From: Savitreella phatthalungensis
Taxonomy: Eukaryota
Length of the DNA: 43,341 nucleotides
Reading direction: 5' to 3'
Assembly (NCBI GenBank): GCA_051599415.1
Contig: AP039711.1
Location: forward strand, 186,001 to 229,341
Shown piece after piece: positions 1-12,493 of this stretch; position 1 is the stretch's first letter; every line of letters starts with the position of its first letter. The notes beneath the pieces are model-generated. The model saw nothing but the letters and a program-made list of their open reading frames with translations. It ran no database searches and was not told the origin of the DNA. Made by a program: the position numbers and the translations under genes.

Positions 1-464
1 CCCGCGCGTGTCTGTGAGCGAGCGTGGCAAGCGTACGCAACATTCACTTGATTAATCGAACCGTACAGCAATTAATCGAGCTGCTCTTGAATCATGGACG
101 AGTCATGTCATGCCTAGCTTTTGTTTGATCAGCCAGAATCAGTCAGAGCACCAAACCATCCGATAGCCCGATCCTAGCTCATTGACCTGTGCAATCACAT
201 GCGATTGATCGAGCTATGACGTTCCAAGTCGAATGAGGCTCAATTCCGGTTAATTGATGCCTTGACAATTCCAAGTAAACTTGCTCAATAAGTAGCCGTG
301 ACATCCTCGCATACAGCTTCAGACAGCTTCTTATCGACACTGCACAGCTACCACTCGACTCGGATCGCTGCACAACACTCGCTTCACTGTCTGCTTAAGG
401 TTGCAGCATCCACTTCAGACCGTTATTGACTGACTGCGCTCGAGTATCCAACTTACTGATTCTC

Positions 465-2136
465 ATGTCGAGCGAGTCCGACAAACACAAGATCGACGGC
501 GGTCCAGCGGAGAACGAGGAGGAGATCAAGACGCTGCCATGGCGGAAGGAGCAGCGTGTTCCCACCGGTCCCCGTCTATCACCGCCAAGAAGCAGGAACA
601 GCTCAAGCGCCAAGAGTGCGGGCAATTTCAGTTCGAAGAGGAGCTCGACATCCTATGACTCTTTTAACAGGTCTCGGCGCTTATCAGACATACCTCACGG
701 GTACAATTTTCCGCCTTCGCCGTTGGCAAGCTATGACGAAAGGAGACAGCATCCGCTGACACCCTCTCCTTCCATACATGGCGGAAATATGCTCGACGAG
801 GTGTCTGGCATGCTGAGGAGGTCTCATCTCATGCATGTTCCATTTGTCGTGTCAAGTCCGACCTCACCGGCCAGTCCAACCGGTCTCGTTCCGCTTACGT
901 CGGTCATGACGCCAGGTGAGATACCCTCACTCGTCGGCTCTTCTACTCCTGGTGACACGACACCGCTGTGTTTGTCCCCCACCTCGCCTGTCAGTCCAGA
1001 GCAAGCCAAGCAGGTCATTCAAAACAGCCCACTCAGCGCTATTGCTATGGCTGAAGTGGCGCATCAAGCAGCACTCCAGCGACGCCAGCGCTCGAACAGC
1101 ACCAAAAGCGGTAGACTACACAAACGGGAGGACTCCAACAGCTCGCAGCTGTCTCAGGGACCACTACCAGTTGAGCTAGAGGAAGCCCTTTTTGCCGAGC
1201 CCAAGATACCTCAACCCATTCCAAGCCTATTCAGTACGCCTGCAAATGATGCGCCGCAGCAATCGACCCTACACAACCCATCGCGCACAAAGAACATATA
1301 TGTCCGTGGATTGCCTCCTGAGACGACGGACGACAACCTCTACGCCATCTGCAGGCGATTCGGTCGGATTGTATCGAGCAAGGCCATAATCGATGTCTCA
1401 ACTGGGCACTGTAAGGGTTTCGGCTTCTGCGAGTTTGATGACGAGCAAAGTGCTCGCAACTCGATCCTCGCGCTCACACACTATGGCTATCAGGTCTCAT
1501 TCGCCAAGGATAGCTTCAATGACCGTCTGCAGGACTTACGTGACTCGTCGTCGACTAACCTCTACTTGAGCAATCTGCCCGTGGACATGTGTGAAGAGGT
1601 AAGAAGAACGGCAGGCGGATAGAATCGGTGACTGACTGTTTCTCCCAGGATGTCGAAGAGCTCTTCTCGCCGCATCGCATTGTCTCTCAGCGCATTCTGC
1701 GAGACGCGAACAGGACGAGTCGTGGCGTTGGGTTTGCAAGGCTGGAGACGCGCAGAGACTGTGACGATGTCATTGCAGAGCTGAACGGCACAAAGCTTCC
1801 TGGCTGTGATCAGGCTCTGCAGGTTCGTTATGCTGATTCGCCACTGCAGAAGAAGCTCAAAACCCAGACACAGCAGCGTCGACAGTGGCGTGCGCGAGAG
1901 TACAACAGTAAGTTTAGATGGGAGTGATCGATGGATGGAAGAATTTTGCTGACCATTCAGTCCTCACCGGAAAATTTGCACAAGATCTGGCGAGCAACTT
2001 TGTGCATTCTAGCAGCGGAGAGGCTAATCAGCGTGAGGGACTTGCGATGGACGGTGAGGCGTCGCTCGAGACTGTCAGGCCGGACAGCAGGACTGCTCGA
2101 AGTCCCGCTCTTACGGACGAATCAGATGGACGATAA
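465..2136 (+). CDS. spo5: Two-RRM RNA-binding protein, Spo5/Mrb1 (RBMS/MSSP-like); join(465..1598,1649..1907,1961..2136)
   Basis: RRM1 NIYVRGLPPETTDD...CKGFGF and RRM2 TNLYLSNLP...SRGVGFAR. Introns 1599-1648 (GTAAGA..CTGAC..CAG) and 1908-1960 (GTAAGT..CTGAC..CAG) join three ORF-track fragments in frame. First in-frame ATG is at 465. Orthology is from remembered similarity to S. pombe Spo5. Confidence 0.8.
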
Positions 2137-2953
2137 GAAGGACCATTGAACTATGAACGACGACAATTCATCACTCACTTTCAGACGTATCGACATCAAC
2201 CGAGTATTATGGAGATTTTCAGCCAGTTTGCTTGTCCATCAGGCGGAGATCCCTTTTTGCTCGCCGCCGATTGACCAACTCATTTTATATGCATCGATTA
2301 TGACCACCCTAGCACGTTTTTCATCCTTCGAGTTTTTCCATTCACGTGATCTCTGCCATGTGTGTCATATATCGGGAGAGAGATATAATGATCATCAACA
2401 TCGATCTCTCTCTTTATACCGCGCTGTCTCAAAAGTTATCAACCATAATTAATTGATGAATTATCGATCTATAGCTTTGGGTTGGTGATATACAGGACGT
2501 ACGTATGCATCATGACGGCGCTGAATGGCTTCCCGCTTTTCATGCACGTACGTACGTATGCATCAATTGAGATATCCGAAGCAATTTGCTGAAGATAAAA
2601 AAATCGATCCAGCCTAGCTAGCTAGACAGGTTTAATTGATGCATTCGACTTCAGATTTATGTAAATTCGAATAAATCAATTTTCACTATAATCCAATTCA
2701 ATCAGGTTTGACAGCAGGTAGGTTGTTGGCTTGAATTCATGATCATTGCATGAATCAAGAGGTAACAGAAAAATTTGTCCCTGAATATCGACCTGGTGGT
2801 CATGCACAATTGATCGAGACTTTAGAGAAAGGAAGCTAGAAAGCAAGGAATTTTAGTAAGAATTCTGCAGGAAAGAAGATCCAGATCGACCCTATCCGTC
2901 ACTCGGCCTCATTCAGGCTCACTCATTCTCACCCATACTCACCCATACTCATA

Positions 2954-2998
2954 CTCTCTCTCCTCTGGAGCTCTCACTCTCTCTTTCTCTCTCTCCCT
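2954..2998 (+). repeat. CT-rich microsatellite in the URA2 promoter/leader
   Basis: Imperfect (CT)n tract ~300 bp upstream of the URA2 ATG. Confidence 0.6.
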
Positions 2999-3292
2999 GT
3001 ACGCGTTACTGCTCTGTACCTTGCTCTACTCCCTGACACAATCAATCCCCTCCGTCTTACCCGTCACAACCTGCTTCGTCGATCCCCAGACACCTCTGCA
3101 AACACCATCACTGCCAGCACCATCACTACCACCACCCACCACCACCATCATCACCATTACGACCATTCCTCCGGTGCTACCACAGCCTCCAACCTCAAGA
3201 AATAAGTGATCATCTCATCCAGCAAGGTCTGTGCAGGTCCGACAACCGGCAGCCGAAAAAGCTTTTCGTTGTCGTCACGCTCTCTCATCGAT

Positions 3293-6200
3293 ATGCGACG
3301 AGTCAGCGGCACCAACGGTCACGCTCCGACGTCGCCAACCCCAGCTCTCTCAGAGCAGCAGGAGGTCAGGCCGTCGACAAGTGGTGTACCTAGCAGCGTT
3401 GGTCAGGTCCTTTCAACTGCTGGACCGGCCGCTCAGCATCCGCGCGTCAACATCACACCGACTGCGCTCGCACAGACTCATCCTTACCCACCTGTCTCTG
3501 CACCTGCATCGGCCGACCAGAACCCTCGACTCGTCACCCTCGAGCTCAAAGATGGCAGCGCCGTTCAGGGCTACTCCTTCGGTGCCGACAAGACCGTGGC
3601 TGGCGAGCTCGTCTTCCAGACAGGCATGGTCGGCTACCCTGAATCCATCACAGACCCTTCTTACCGCGGCCAGATCCTCGTCATCACCTATCCGCTCGTC
3701 GGAAACTACGGTGTCCCAGACAGACAGACACTCGATGGTCTCATCTCCGAGCTGCCTGCCTACTTTGAGTCGATTGACATTCACGTCGCCGGACTCGTTG
3801 TCGGCACCTATGCATTCGACTACTCTCACTTCCTGGCAAAGAGCAGTCTCGCAGACTGGCTGAAGGAGAAGGGCATCCCTGCCATATATGGTGTCGATAC
3901 ACGTGCACTCACAAAGAAGATCCGCAACCAGGGGAGCATGCTCGGTCGTCTGCTCATGGCTAAGGTCGGCACCCCTGCTGTGCTCGAGCCATCCCTCGAC
4001 CGCGAGGCCTGGCGAAAGCACTTTGAGACCGCAGATTGGACCGATCCAAACGAGCGCAACCTTGTACCGGAAGTCTCCATCAAGCAGTCGGTTGTCTATC
4101 GACCGAAGGCTGAAAATGCACTCAAGGCACAAGATGGCACCCCGCTGCGCGTCCTTTGCGTCGATGTCGGCATGAAGGCTAATCAGATTCGTTGCTTCGT
4201 CAAGCGCGGTGTCGAGATGAAGGTCGTTCCTTGGAACACAGACTTCACTGCAGAGACAGAGCCTTATCATGGTCTGTTCATCTCGAACGGTCCAGGTGAT
4301 CCGGCACAACTCACAGACATTGTCGAGCGTCTGCGCAAGGTTATGGCGACCAATAAGGTGCCCATCTTCGGTATCTGCCTCGGTCATCAGTTGCTCTCCC
4401 GCGCAGCTGGCGCAGAGACACGCAAGATGAAGTTCGGAAATCGTGGACATAACATCCCGTGCACGAGCCGTGTCAGCGGCAAGTGCTACATCACTTCTCA
4501 GAACCACGGTTACGCTGTCGACGCTGCAAGCCTGCCGCAGGGCTGGTCCGAGCTCTTCGTCAACGCCAACGATGGCTCCAACGAAGGCGTTCATCACGAC
4601 AGCCTGCCCTTCTTTTCTGTTCAATTTCACCCGGAATCAACACCCGGCCCTCGCGACACAGAATTCCTGTTTGACGTCTTCATTGACGTGATCCAGCGCA
4701 GCAACACACAGGGCTCTCTTCAGGCTGTCAGGTGGCCGGGAGGCCTGGAGGCCGACAATCGTGCCGCTCATCCACGTCTGCACCCCAAGAAGGTCCTCGT
4801 TCTGGGATCTGGTGGTCTCTCGATCGGCCAGGCCGGTGAATTCGACTACAGTGGCTCGCAAGCAATCAAGGCACTCAAGGAAGAGGGCATCTACACTGTG
4901 CTCATCAACCCGAACATCGCCACAATTCAGACTAGTAAGGGTCTAGCAGACAAGGTCTACTTCCTTCCAGTCAACCCGGACTCAGTCCGCAAGGTCATCA
5001 AGCACGAGCGTCCGGATGCCATCTACGTCACTTTTGGTGGCCAGACAGCGCTCTCCGTCGGTATCGCCCTCAAGGACGAATTCGAAGCGCTCGGCGTCAA
5101 GGTTCTTGGCACGCCAATCGACACCGTCATCACGACGGAGGACCGTGAGCTCTTCGCTCGCAGCATGGAGCAGATTGGAGAGAAATGCGCGGTGTCGTCG
5201 TCTGCTACGTCAGTTGACGAAGCCGTCGAGGCAGGCAAGCGTATCGGGTTCCCTGTCATCGTTCGTGCTGCATATGCTCTCGGTGGTCTCGGATCTGGTT
5301 TCGCAGACAACGAGCAGCAGCTCATTGATCTCTGCAAAGTCGCGTTTGCTGCCTCGCCTCAAGTGCTCGTCGAAAAGTCGATGAAGGGCTGGAAGGAGAT
5401 CGAGTACGAGGTTGTCCGTGACTGCAACGACAATTGCATTACGGTCTGCAACATGGAGAACTTTGACCCTCTCGGCATTCACACTGGTGATTCCATTGTT
5501 GTCGCACCTTCGCAAACACTCTCGGACGAGGACTACAATATGCTTCGTACGACCGCCGTCAACGTAATTCGTCACCTCGGCGTCGTCGGCGAGTGTAACA
5601 TTCAGTACGCTCTGAACCCGTTCTCACGCGAATACTGCATCATTGAGGTCAACGCGCGTCTTTCGCGTTCCTCGGCACTCGCATCAAAGGCGACCGGATA
5701 TCCGCTCGCATACACGGCTGCTAAGCTCGGTCTCAACATCCCTCTCAATGAGATCAAGAACAGCGTGACCAAGGAGACTTGTGCCTGCTTCGAGCCATCG
5801 CTCGACTACTGCGTCGTGAAGATTCCCCGTTGGGACCTGAAGAAGTTCACTCGTGTTTCCACTCTCCTCTCTTCGTCCATGAAGTCTGTCGGCGAGGTGA
5901 TGAGCATTGGCCGAACTTTTGAGGAAGCCATTCAGAAGGCCATTCGTGCCACAAACTACAGCAACCTGGGCTTCAATGAGACCGATGCCCTCATGTCTAT
6001 TGACGATGAGCTACAGACACCTTCCGATCAGCGTCTGTTTGCCATCGCTAACGCCATGCACCAGGGCTACTCCGTCGACAAGATCTGGCAGATGACCAAG
6101 ATCGATAAGTGGTTCCTGACCCGACTCCAGGGGCTCATGACCATGGAGAAGCATCTGAAGAGCTTCGCGGCCAACCAGCTGCCAGCAACCCTGCTTCGCT

Positions 6201-9200
6201 CGGCAAAGCAGCTCGGTTTCTCAGACCAGCAGATTGCTCAGTTTGTCGGCTCGAACGAATTCGCGATACGTCGTCTTCGTGTCGAGGCTGGCATTCAGCC
6301 ATTTGTCAAGCAGATCGACACAGTCGCCGCAGAATTCCCGGCCTACACAAATTACCTGTACATGACCTACAACGCTAGCGAGCACGACCTCACCTTCGAC
6401 GACCACGGTGTCATGGTCCTCGGTTCTGGTGTGTACCGTATCGGCTCTTCCGTCGAATTTGACTGGTGCGCCGTCACGGCCGTGCGCACACTTCGTCAGA
6501 AGAATGTGAAGACCATTATGGTCAACTACAACCCCGAGACCGTATCGACAGACTACGATGAGGCAGATCGTCTGTACTTCGAAAACATCACGATCGAGAC
6601 TGTGCTTGATATCTACGACACCGAGACCTCGAACGGTGTCATCATCTCGATGGGTGGTCAGACACCGAACAACATCGCTCTCGACCTTCACAGGCAGAAC
6701 GTTCGCATCCTCGGCACCTCGCCCGAGATGATCGACAATGCTGAGAATCGTTACAAGTTCTCCCGCATGCTTGATCGGATTGAGGTCGACCAACCGACCT
6801 GGTCAGAGCTTACCTCGACAGACGAGGCTGCTGGTTTCTGTAAGAAGGTCGGCTACCCAGTGCTCGTACGTCCCTCATACGTGCTTTCTGGAGCCGCCAT
6901 GAACACGGTCTACTCCGAGGACGACCTGTCGAGCTACCTCAAGCAGGCTGTAGAGGTTTCGCGCGAGTACCCCGTCGTGATCACGAAGTACATCGAAAAC
7001 GCCAAGGAAATTGAGATGGACGCTGTTGCCGTCGATGGCAAGCTCGTAATGCATTGCATCTCCGAGCACGTCGAGAACGCCGGAGTTCACTCCGGTGACG
7101 CAACACTCATCCAGCCGCCACAAGATCTGGATCCTGAGACCGTTCGTCGCATTGAGCTCGCCACGGCCAAGATCGGTAACGCCCTCAATGTCACAGGCCC
7201 GTTCAACATCCAGTTCATCGCCAAGGACAATGACATCAAGGTGATTGAGTGCAACGTTCGCGCTGCTCGCTCCTTCCCATTCGTCTCCAAGGTGGTCGGC
7301 GTCAACCTGATCGAGATGGCAACGCTCGCCATTCTTGGTATGCCGGTCACTCCGTACCCGAAGGTCAGTCTGCCGAAGGATTACGTCGGTATCAAGGTGC
7401 CACAGTTCTCATTCAGCCGTTTGTCTGGCGCTGATCCTGTGCTCGGTGTCGAGATGGCATCGACCGGTGAGGTCGCCTGCTTTGGCCATAACAAGTACGA
7501 GGCCTACTTGAAGGCGCTTGTCGCCTCGGGCATCCGCCTCCCGAAGAAGAACATTCTCTTGTCCATCGGGAGTTACAAGGAGAAGATGGAACTTCTGCCC
7601 GCTGTCAAGAAGCTTCACTCGATCGGCTTCAAGATCTTCGCCACATCCGGCACAGCGGACTTCCTGCAGGAGCACGGTATTCCCGTCAAGTATCTCGAAG
7701 CTCTGCCTGCTGATGGTGGCGACGATCAGCAGCAGCAGAAGAGCGAATATTCCCTGACGCACCATCTCGCAAACAATCTTATTGACATGTATGTCAACCT
7801 TCCGTCCGCAAACAGGTTCAGGAGACCCGCAAACTACATGTCAAGCGGATACCGGTCGCGTCGTATGGCCGTCGACTACTCGATCCCCATCATCACCAAC
7901 ATCAAATGCGCCAAGCTGATGATTGAGGGTCTAGTCCGGAACCCGCCGATGGACGTCGTCAAACTTGACGCACAGTCTGACGTTGAGAGCATCAGCTTGC
8001 CAGGCCTCGTCAATGTGTCCGCGTTCGTGCCGGAGGTCGAGTCCGGTGTCAAGGATGTCATGGACGCTCATGTCGCAGCCGGCTTCAGCATGGCTCGCGT
8101 CCTGCCGATCGGTACCGCAGGCTCCATCAAGGATGCAGCAGCGCTTCGCGCCGTCCGGACGGCACTCGCAAATTCATCGGCGTGTGACTTCAACGTGGCC
8201 GTTGCCGCGACTGCCGACAATACCGGTGAGCTCAAGTCTGTCCAGGCTGAAACCGGCAGCTTGTTCCTGCCCTTTAATCTTCTCTCGGGCACATCCAAGG
8301 TCGCTGCCATCGCTAGCCACTTCTCCTCGTGGCCAGACTCGAAGCCAATCGTCACAGACGCGAAGTCGACCGATCTTGCATCAGTTCTTCTGCTCGCCAG
8401 CCTACACAATCGCCGCATCCATGTCACCAATGTCACAAGCCAAGATGACATTTCCCTCGTGGTGATGAGTAAGGATCGTGGTCTTGACGTCTCCTGCGAC
8501 GTCTCTGTCTTCGCCCTTTTCTTGTCGCAGGCTGAGCTGCCGGAGGCCAATTCCTTGCCAACGAAGGCCGACCAGGATGCTCTTTGGAATAACATCGAGG
8601 CCATTGACTGCTTCTCCGTCGGTACCCTGCCACAGGATGTCGCGCGAGAGCTCGGTCAGACTGTCAGCGCCGGCTTTGGTGTTCGGGAGACCCTGCCATT
8701 GCTGTTTGGCGCTGTCGCCGATGGTCGCCTCAAGCGCGAAGACATCGTCGCCCGTCTGCATGACAACCCCATCAAGATCTTCCGCCTGCACGAGCAAACT
8801 GGCTGCAGCGTCGAGGTCGACTTTGGTGTCACTCGCCAGATCAGCGGTGACTCACAAACGTGGTCGCCATTCTCTGGCAAAACCTCGCCGGCGTTTGTCC
8901 ACCGCGTCGTGATCAAGGGACAGACTACGGTTCTAGATGGCAATGTCATTGCTAAATCTGTTGGCTCTGACTACTCTGCTTCATTCGACAAGCGCAACAC
9001 GACTGAGGTCGAGATGCCTTCAAGCCCGCTTGCAGGACCTCAGCAACGCCGCTCGACTTTTGTGCCCAGCACCATCGATGGAGCTTTGCTCCCGCCATCG
9101 ACGACTGGTGCTTTGACCACACCAGCAGCTGCTGACGCGCTCGGCCTCGCGCCGTCTGCACTGCCGGCGCAGGTAGCACAGACGCAGCGCCAGCGCCTCG

Positions 9201-10144
9201 TCGATCTCATCAACAACACGCCTTTCCTCCGCAAGCACATCCTCTCGGTTGACCAATTCACCCGACAGGATTTGCACGTGCTATTCACCGTCGCTTCCGA
9301 AATGCGCACCAACGTGCAACGGGACGGCGTGCTTGACCTGCTGTCTGGCCGACTCATCACAACCATGTTCTACGAGCCTTCGACGCGCACGTCGTCGTCT
9401 TTCGATGCGGCCATGCAACGCCTCGGTGGCCGTACTGTCGCGATCGCTGCCGAGATGTCGAGCGTACGCAAGGGAGAGACCCTTGCCGACACGATCTATA
9501 CATTGTCATCCTACGGTGACGCAATCGTGCTTCGTCACCCATCTGATGACTCGGCCCAAATCGCCGCTCGCCACTCACCAGTTCCGGTCATCAATGCTGG
9601 CAACGGCAGCAAGGAGCACCCTACTCAGGCCTTCCTGGATCTCTTCACGATCCGCGAAGAGCTCGGTACGGTGAATGGTTTGAACATCACGTTCCTCGGT
9701 GACCTGCGATACGGTCGTACCGTTCATTCGCTCAGCAAGCTCCTTCGCTACTACTCTGTGCATGTCAACTTCGTGTCACCGGCGGCGCTGCGCGTGCCGG
9801 AAGACATCAAGGCGGATTTGCGCGCTCATGGCGTATCATTCTCTGAGCACGCAGACCTGTCGGAGGTGATTGCGGACACGGACGTGTTGTACTGCACGCG
9901 TGTGCAGGCTGAGCGATTCGCAGACGCGAGTGAGTACGAGTCACTCAAGGACAGCTACGTGGTCGACAAGACAGTCATGTCTCGCGCAAAGCGCCACATG
10001 ATCGTCATGCACCCGCTCCCTCGCAACAACGAGATTGCAGAAGAAGTCGACTATGACTCTCGAGCAGTCTACCTGAGCAGGCAGATGCGGATGGGCCTGT
10101 ATGTGCGGATGGCCCTGCTAGCATGCGTTCTCGGAGCCCGCTGA
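3293..10144 (+). CDS. URA2: Glutamine-dependent carbamoyl-phosphate synthase / inactive dihydroorotase-like domain / aspartate carbamoyltransferase (2283 aa)
   Basis: GATase motifs [24 protein letters not shown] motifs [25 protein letters not shown]; ATCase motifs [23 protein letters not shown]. The DHO-like segment lacks the metal-binding HxH ([10 protein letters not shown]), as usual in fungi. The track start at 3206 is GTG; first ATG is 3293. Confidence 0.97.
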   Translation: MRRVSGTNGHAPTSPTPALSEQQEVRPSTSGVPSSVGQVLSTAGPAAQHPRVNITPTALAQTHPYPPVSAPASADQNPRLVTLELKDGSAVQGYSFGADKTVAGELVFQTGMVGYPESITDPSYRGQILVITYPLVGNYGVPDRQTLDGLISELPAYFESIDIHVAGLVVGTYAFDYSHFLAKSSLADWLKEKGIPAIYGVDTRALTKKIRNQGSMLGRLLMAKVGTPAVLEPSLDREAWRKHFETADWTDPNERNLVPEVSIKQSVVYRPKAENALKAQDGTPLRVLCVDVGMKANQIRCFVKRGVEMKVVPWNTDFTAETEPYHGLFISNGPGDPAQLTDIVERLRKVMATNKVPIFGICLGHQLLSRAAGAETRKMKFGNRGHNIPCTSRVSGKCYITSQNHGYAVDAASLPQGWSELFVNANDGSNEGVHHDSLPFFSVQFHPESTPGPRDTEFLFDVFIDVIQRSNTQGSLQAVRWPGGLEADNRAAHPRLHPKKVLVLGSGGLSIGQAGEFDYSGSQAIKALKEEGIYTVLINPNIATIQTSKGLADKVYFLPVNPDSVRKVIKHERPDAIYVTFGGQTALSVGIALKDEFEALGVKVLGTPIDTVITTEDRELFARSMEQIGEKCAVSSSATSVDEAVEAGKRIGFPVIVRAAYALGGLGSGFADNEQQLIDLCKVAFAASPQVLVEKSMKGWKEIEYEVVRDCNDNCITVCNMENFDPLGIHTGDSIVVAPSQTLSDEDYNMLRTTAVNVIRHLGVVGECNIQYALNPFSREYCIIEVNARLSRSSALASKATGYPLAYTAAKLGLNIPLNEIKNSVTKETCACFEPSLDYCVVKIPRWDLKKFTRVSTLLSSSMKSVGEVMSIGRTFEEAIQKAIRATNYSNLGFNETDALMSIDDELQTPSDQRLFAIANAMHQGYSVDKIWQMTKIDKWFLTRLQGLMTMEKHLKSFAANQLPATLLRSAKQLGFSDQQIAQFVGSNEFAIRRLRVEAGIQPFVKQIDTVAAEFPAYTNYLYMTYNASEHDLTFDDHGVMVLGSGVYRIGSSVEFDWCAVTAVRTLRQKNVKTIMVNYNPETVSTDYDEADRLYFENITIETVLDIYDTETSNGVIISMGGQTPNNIALDLHRQNVRILGTSPEMIDNAENRYKFSRMLDRIEVDQPTWSELTSTDEAAGFCKKVGYPVLVRPSYVLSGAAMNTVYSEDDLSSYLKQAVEVSREYPVVITKYIENAKEIEMDAVAVDGKLVMHCISEHVENAGVHSGDATLIQPPQDLDPETVRRIELATAKIGNALNVTGPFNIQFIAKDNDIKVIECNVRAARSFPFVSKVVGVNLIEMATLAILGMPVTPYPKVSLPKDYVGIKVPQFSFSRLSGADPVLGVEMASTGEVACFGHNKYEAYLKALVASGIRLPKKNILLSIGSYKEKMELLPAVKKLHSIGFKIFATSGTADFLQEHGIPVKYLEALPADGGDDQQQQKSEYSLTHHLANNLIDMYVNLPSANRFRRPANYMSSGYRSRRMAVDYSIPIITNIKCAKLMIEGLVRNPPMDVVKLDAQSDVESISLPGLVNVSAFVPEVESGVKDVMDAHVAAGFSMARVLPIGTAGSIKDAAALRAVRTALANSSACDFNVAVAATADNTGELKSVQAETGSLFLPFNLLSGTSKVAAIASHFSSWPDSKPIVTDAKSTDLASVLLLASLHNRRIHVTNVTSQDDISLVVMSKDRGLDVSCDVSVFALFLSQAELPEANSLPTKADQDALWNNIEAIDCFSVGTLPQDVARELGQTVSAGFGVRETLPLLFGAVADGRLKREDIVARLHDNPIKIFRLHEQTGCSVEVDFGVTRQISGDSQTWSPFSGKTSPAFVHRVVIKGQTTVLDGNVIAKSVGSDYSASFDKRNTTEVEMPSSPLAGPQQRRSTFVPSTIDGALLPPSTTGALTTPAAADALGLAPSALPAQVAQTQRQRLVDLINNTPFLRKHILSVDQFTRQDLHVLFTVASEMRTNVQRDGVLDLLSGRLITTMFYEPSTRTSSSFDAAMQRLGGRTVAIAAEMSSVRKGETLADTIYTLSSYGDAIVLRHPSDDSAQIAARHSPVPVINAGNGSKEHPTQAFLDLFTIREELGTVNGLNITFLGDLRYGRTVHSLSKLLRYYSVHVNFVSPAALRVPEDIKADLRAHGVSFSEHADLSEVIADTDVLYCTRVQAERFADASEYESLKDSYVVDKTVMSRAKRHMIVMHPLPRNNEIAEEVDYDSRAVYLSRQMRMGLYVRMALLACVLGAR

Positions 10145-10429
10145 TTCAAAGGCAAAAAAGCAAGCTGGGGAGCATTTTCGTTCAAATCCACTACACTCCC
10201 CAGCTCCAACCTCATCCCTCAAAAGTTTACCCAAACAAAAGTTACAACACACATATAGAGACAGAGTTCTTGCGGATAGAATCATGGGTCTTACAGGACA
10301 AAGGAAGAGCGCGTTGTTCCGTTCTCTTGATGTAGGTCTCCTTTTGTACTTCTGATGTGTACAGAAGGTCAAATGGTTTACGACGATTTAACGAAGTTCA
10401 GATGACATTCAGATGCGTGCGTAGAGGTA

Positions 10430-10453
10430 TGTGTGTGTCTGTGTGTGTGTGTG
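10430..10453. repeat. (TG)n microsatellite
   Basis: gtgtgtgtctgtgtgtgtgtgtg, downstream of the microprotein gene. Confidence 0.7.
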
Positions 10454-10501
10454 CGTGCTTGCGTGCTTGCGTGGAATGCGCGTGGAAAGCCCGGCTGTGG
10501 A

Positions 10502-10748
10502 TTAGACACCGCCACCAGAGCGTTCCACACCTTTGACGCTGAGGTCATGCTTGCCATCAGTCGCCTTGTCGGTCGCTGCGCGGGACTGATTTGCAGTTGA
10601 CGGGTGGCTACTGGTGTTCTGCGATGAGCCGTAGAGGTACATGCCAAGTGCAGCTGCGCCGCCAACGGCCTATAACACAGGTCAGTCGCAACGATCAAAG
10701 CGTCGCAGAAGAGATACTTACGCCCAACACAACTGCTTTACGTGGCAT
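10502..10748 (-). CDS. 64-aa spliced microprotein with N-terminal hydrophobic anchor; complement(join(10502..10669,10722..10748))
   Basis: ATG in acagccATG context; 52-bp intron 10670-10721 with GTAAGT donor, CTGAC branch and TAG acceptor. Product MPRKAVVLGAVGGAAALGMYLYGSSQNTSSHPSTANQSRAATDKATDGKHDLSVKGVERSGGGV. Confidence 0.75.
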
Positions 10749-12493
10749 GGCTGTCGTGAATGTGGTGATAGCTGTTGGAAGCGTCAAAAAGTGTGTGTTG
10801 TCGTGAATAGCCTGCGGGCGACAGACAAAGAACAAGGGTCAGTAAGTGAGCGAGTGAGCAAGCAAGCCAGCAAGTGATTGAGCGAGTGCCTACGTGTGCG
10901 CGTGACTGTACGTGAGTGAGTGACAGGAAATGACGGAGTGGATGAATCGCGCTACAGACTTGAGATTGAATCAATGCATGGACAGTGGAGACTAGTCTGA
11001 GAGTGGTGACTACGGATATGGTGATCGATGACTGGATTCCCATCTCATCAAGCCTGATTTGACTTCACATCGATGCACACGATCCTTTCATTTCTTCCTG
11101 TCCAGTTTGATTTTAGGAAAAGCGTGGGGGTGGAAGAGATCGAAGGAATTCTTAGTTGTGTGGACGTGGCCATTTGAATAATAATGGGACAAAGTGATCG
11201 ATTGCTCTGGTCAATCCACCTACCCACACACTCGATCACTCACTGGATCAACTTCTCCAAACCTCCCACTCACACATCCATCACATCCCATCAACCAATG
11301 AATGGTTGGTGTAGCACTTCATCAAACTGAAGCAGGCCAAAACTCTCGAAAATAATCACGAAATCCGGCAATCCCTTCTCAGATTTTGATTATTCCAGAA
11401 CTCAATACCATGTAGTTAGAAACCCGCGGTGGGCTGCGTTGAACTCATATCATCCAGTCTTACTCCACATCAAAGAGCCAAAGCTGGAGAAGGTCTGAGA
11501 CAAGTAGTGAGTAGATCAAGTGGTTTTGGTGTAAGATGACTTCATCCTTGATCGACTGACTGAATAGGCCTCGATGCACTGAAGCTGCAGTGGAATAACC
11601 ATCCTCATTCAGAGATTTTCCTTTAGTGCCTAGGTCAGACATTTTGATTCCTGGTTGATGTCTTGACAATCAGATCTCCCTGGCTCGATGACTTGCTGTG
11701 CCAGATGACGCACTTTCCATAGATCGGCTGGGCACTAGGCAGGAATAAAAGGAGAAATGAGAGTTTCTCCGTAGCACATCGATCGTCGATTAGCCGAGCT
11801 GCTCAAAAACAGTCCACGGCAAAGACATTGAGAGATCTTCCGGCGGACACGAGAGATGCTCACCAGAGCCTGAAGCATAGTCAATCCAGTCGCTATTGCT
11901 GCCATCCTCGCGATGGTTCATACATGGACATCACGGATCGCAGTCCAGCCTTTGACCACTAGTCTCGTTCCAATCTCGCTTCAAGTCGTCCACAGGAATG
12001 GAAATACTGATACAAAATTGACAAGACTGGAGCTCCGATCGATTACCCCTGCTCGCCCAGCATGGAATCAAACGTCTCGGGATAAAGGTCCTGATGCGAT
12101 GCAGTTTGCCTGCACCGGAGCCTTACATTGCAATTAAGTCGCGCACAGCAGATTCGACCTGTCTATCGCGGCAATGACACTCAACCATGTTCCGCTGTGG
12201 CAACAGCCCTTGGCATCGTTCCATAGATACTATCCTGGAGCTCCTGCAAATCACTTGAATCCACAAATACAGATGATCTACAATTGAGTCCGACAATTGC
12301 GTCCGCGGATCTTGAAATTCGTGCAGGAGACTCGTGCGCGTCGATCTCAAGACTGATCAAAAAATCGATCAATCTCTCCGATGAATGCGGTCAAATCTCA
12401 TACGTTGACGTGCAAGACACCTTTGACACACCTTTTCCTCGCGTATTTCAGTCATCCGAGGTCCTTGGTCCACCTTGCTATTGCTTCAATATC

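Noticed and set aside
3021..3209. uORF or attenuator peptide upstream of URA2
   Set aside because: Non-ATG start, low-complexity (CAC)n sequence, and no resemblance to the arginine attenuator peptide, which belongs to the arginine-pathway CPSase.
7980..8960. Degenerate dihydroorotase domain as a novelty
   Set aside because: An inactive DHO-like domain is the normal state of fungal URA2.
3413..9763. Many long antisense or alternative-frame ORFs inside URA2 (also inside acl1, acl2 and pol)
   Set aside because: Shadow ORFs expected from strong codon bias; no recognisable motifs.
11460..12137. Possible APC10/Doc1-like gene (GFG...PH and NGNTDTK fragments)
   Set aside because: Similarity is only a few residues and I could not build a spliced frame without early stops.
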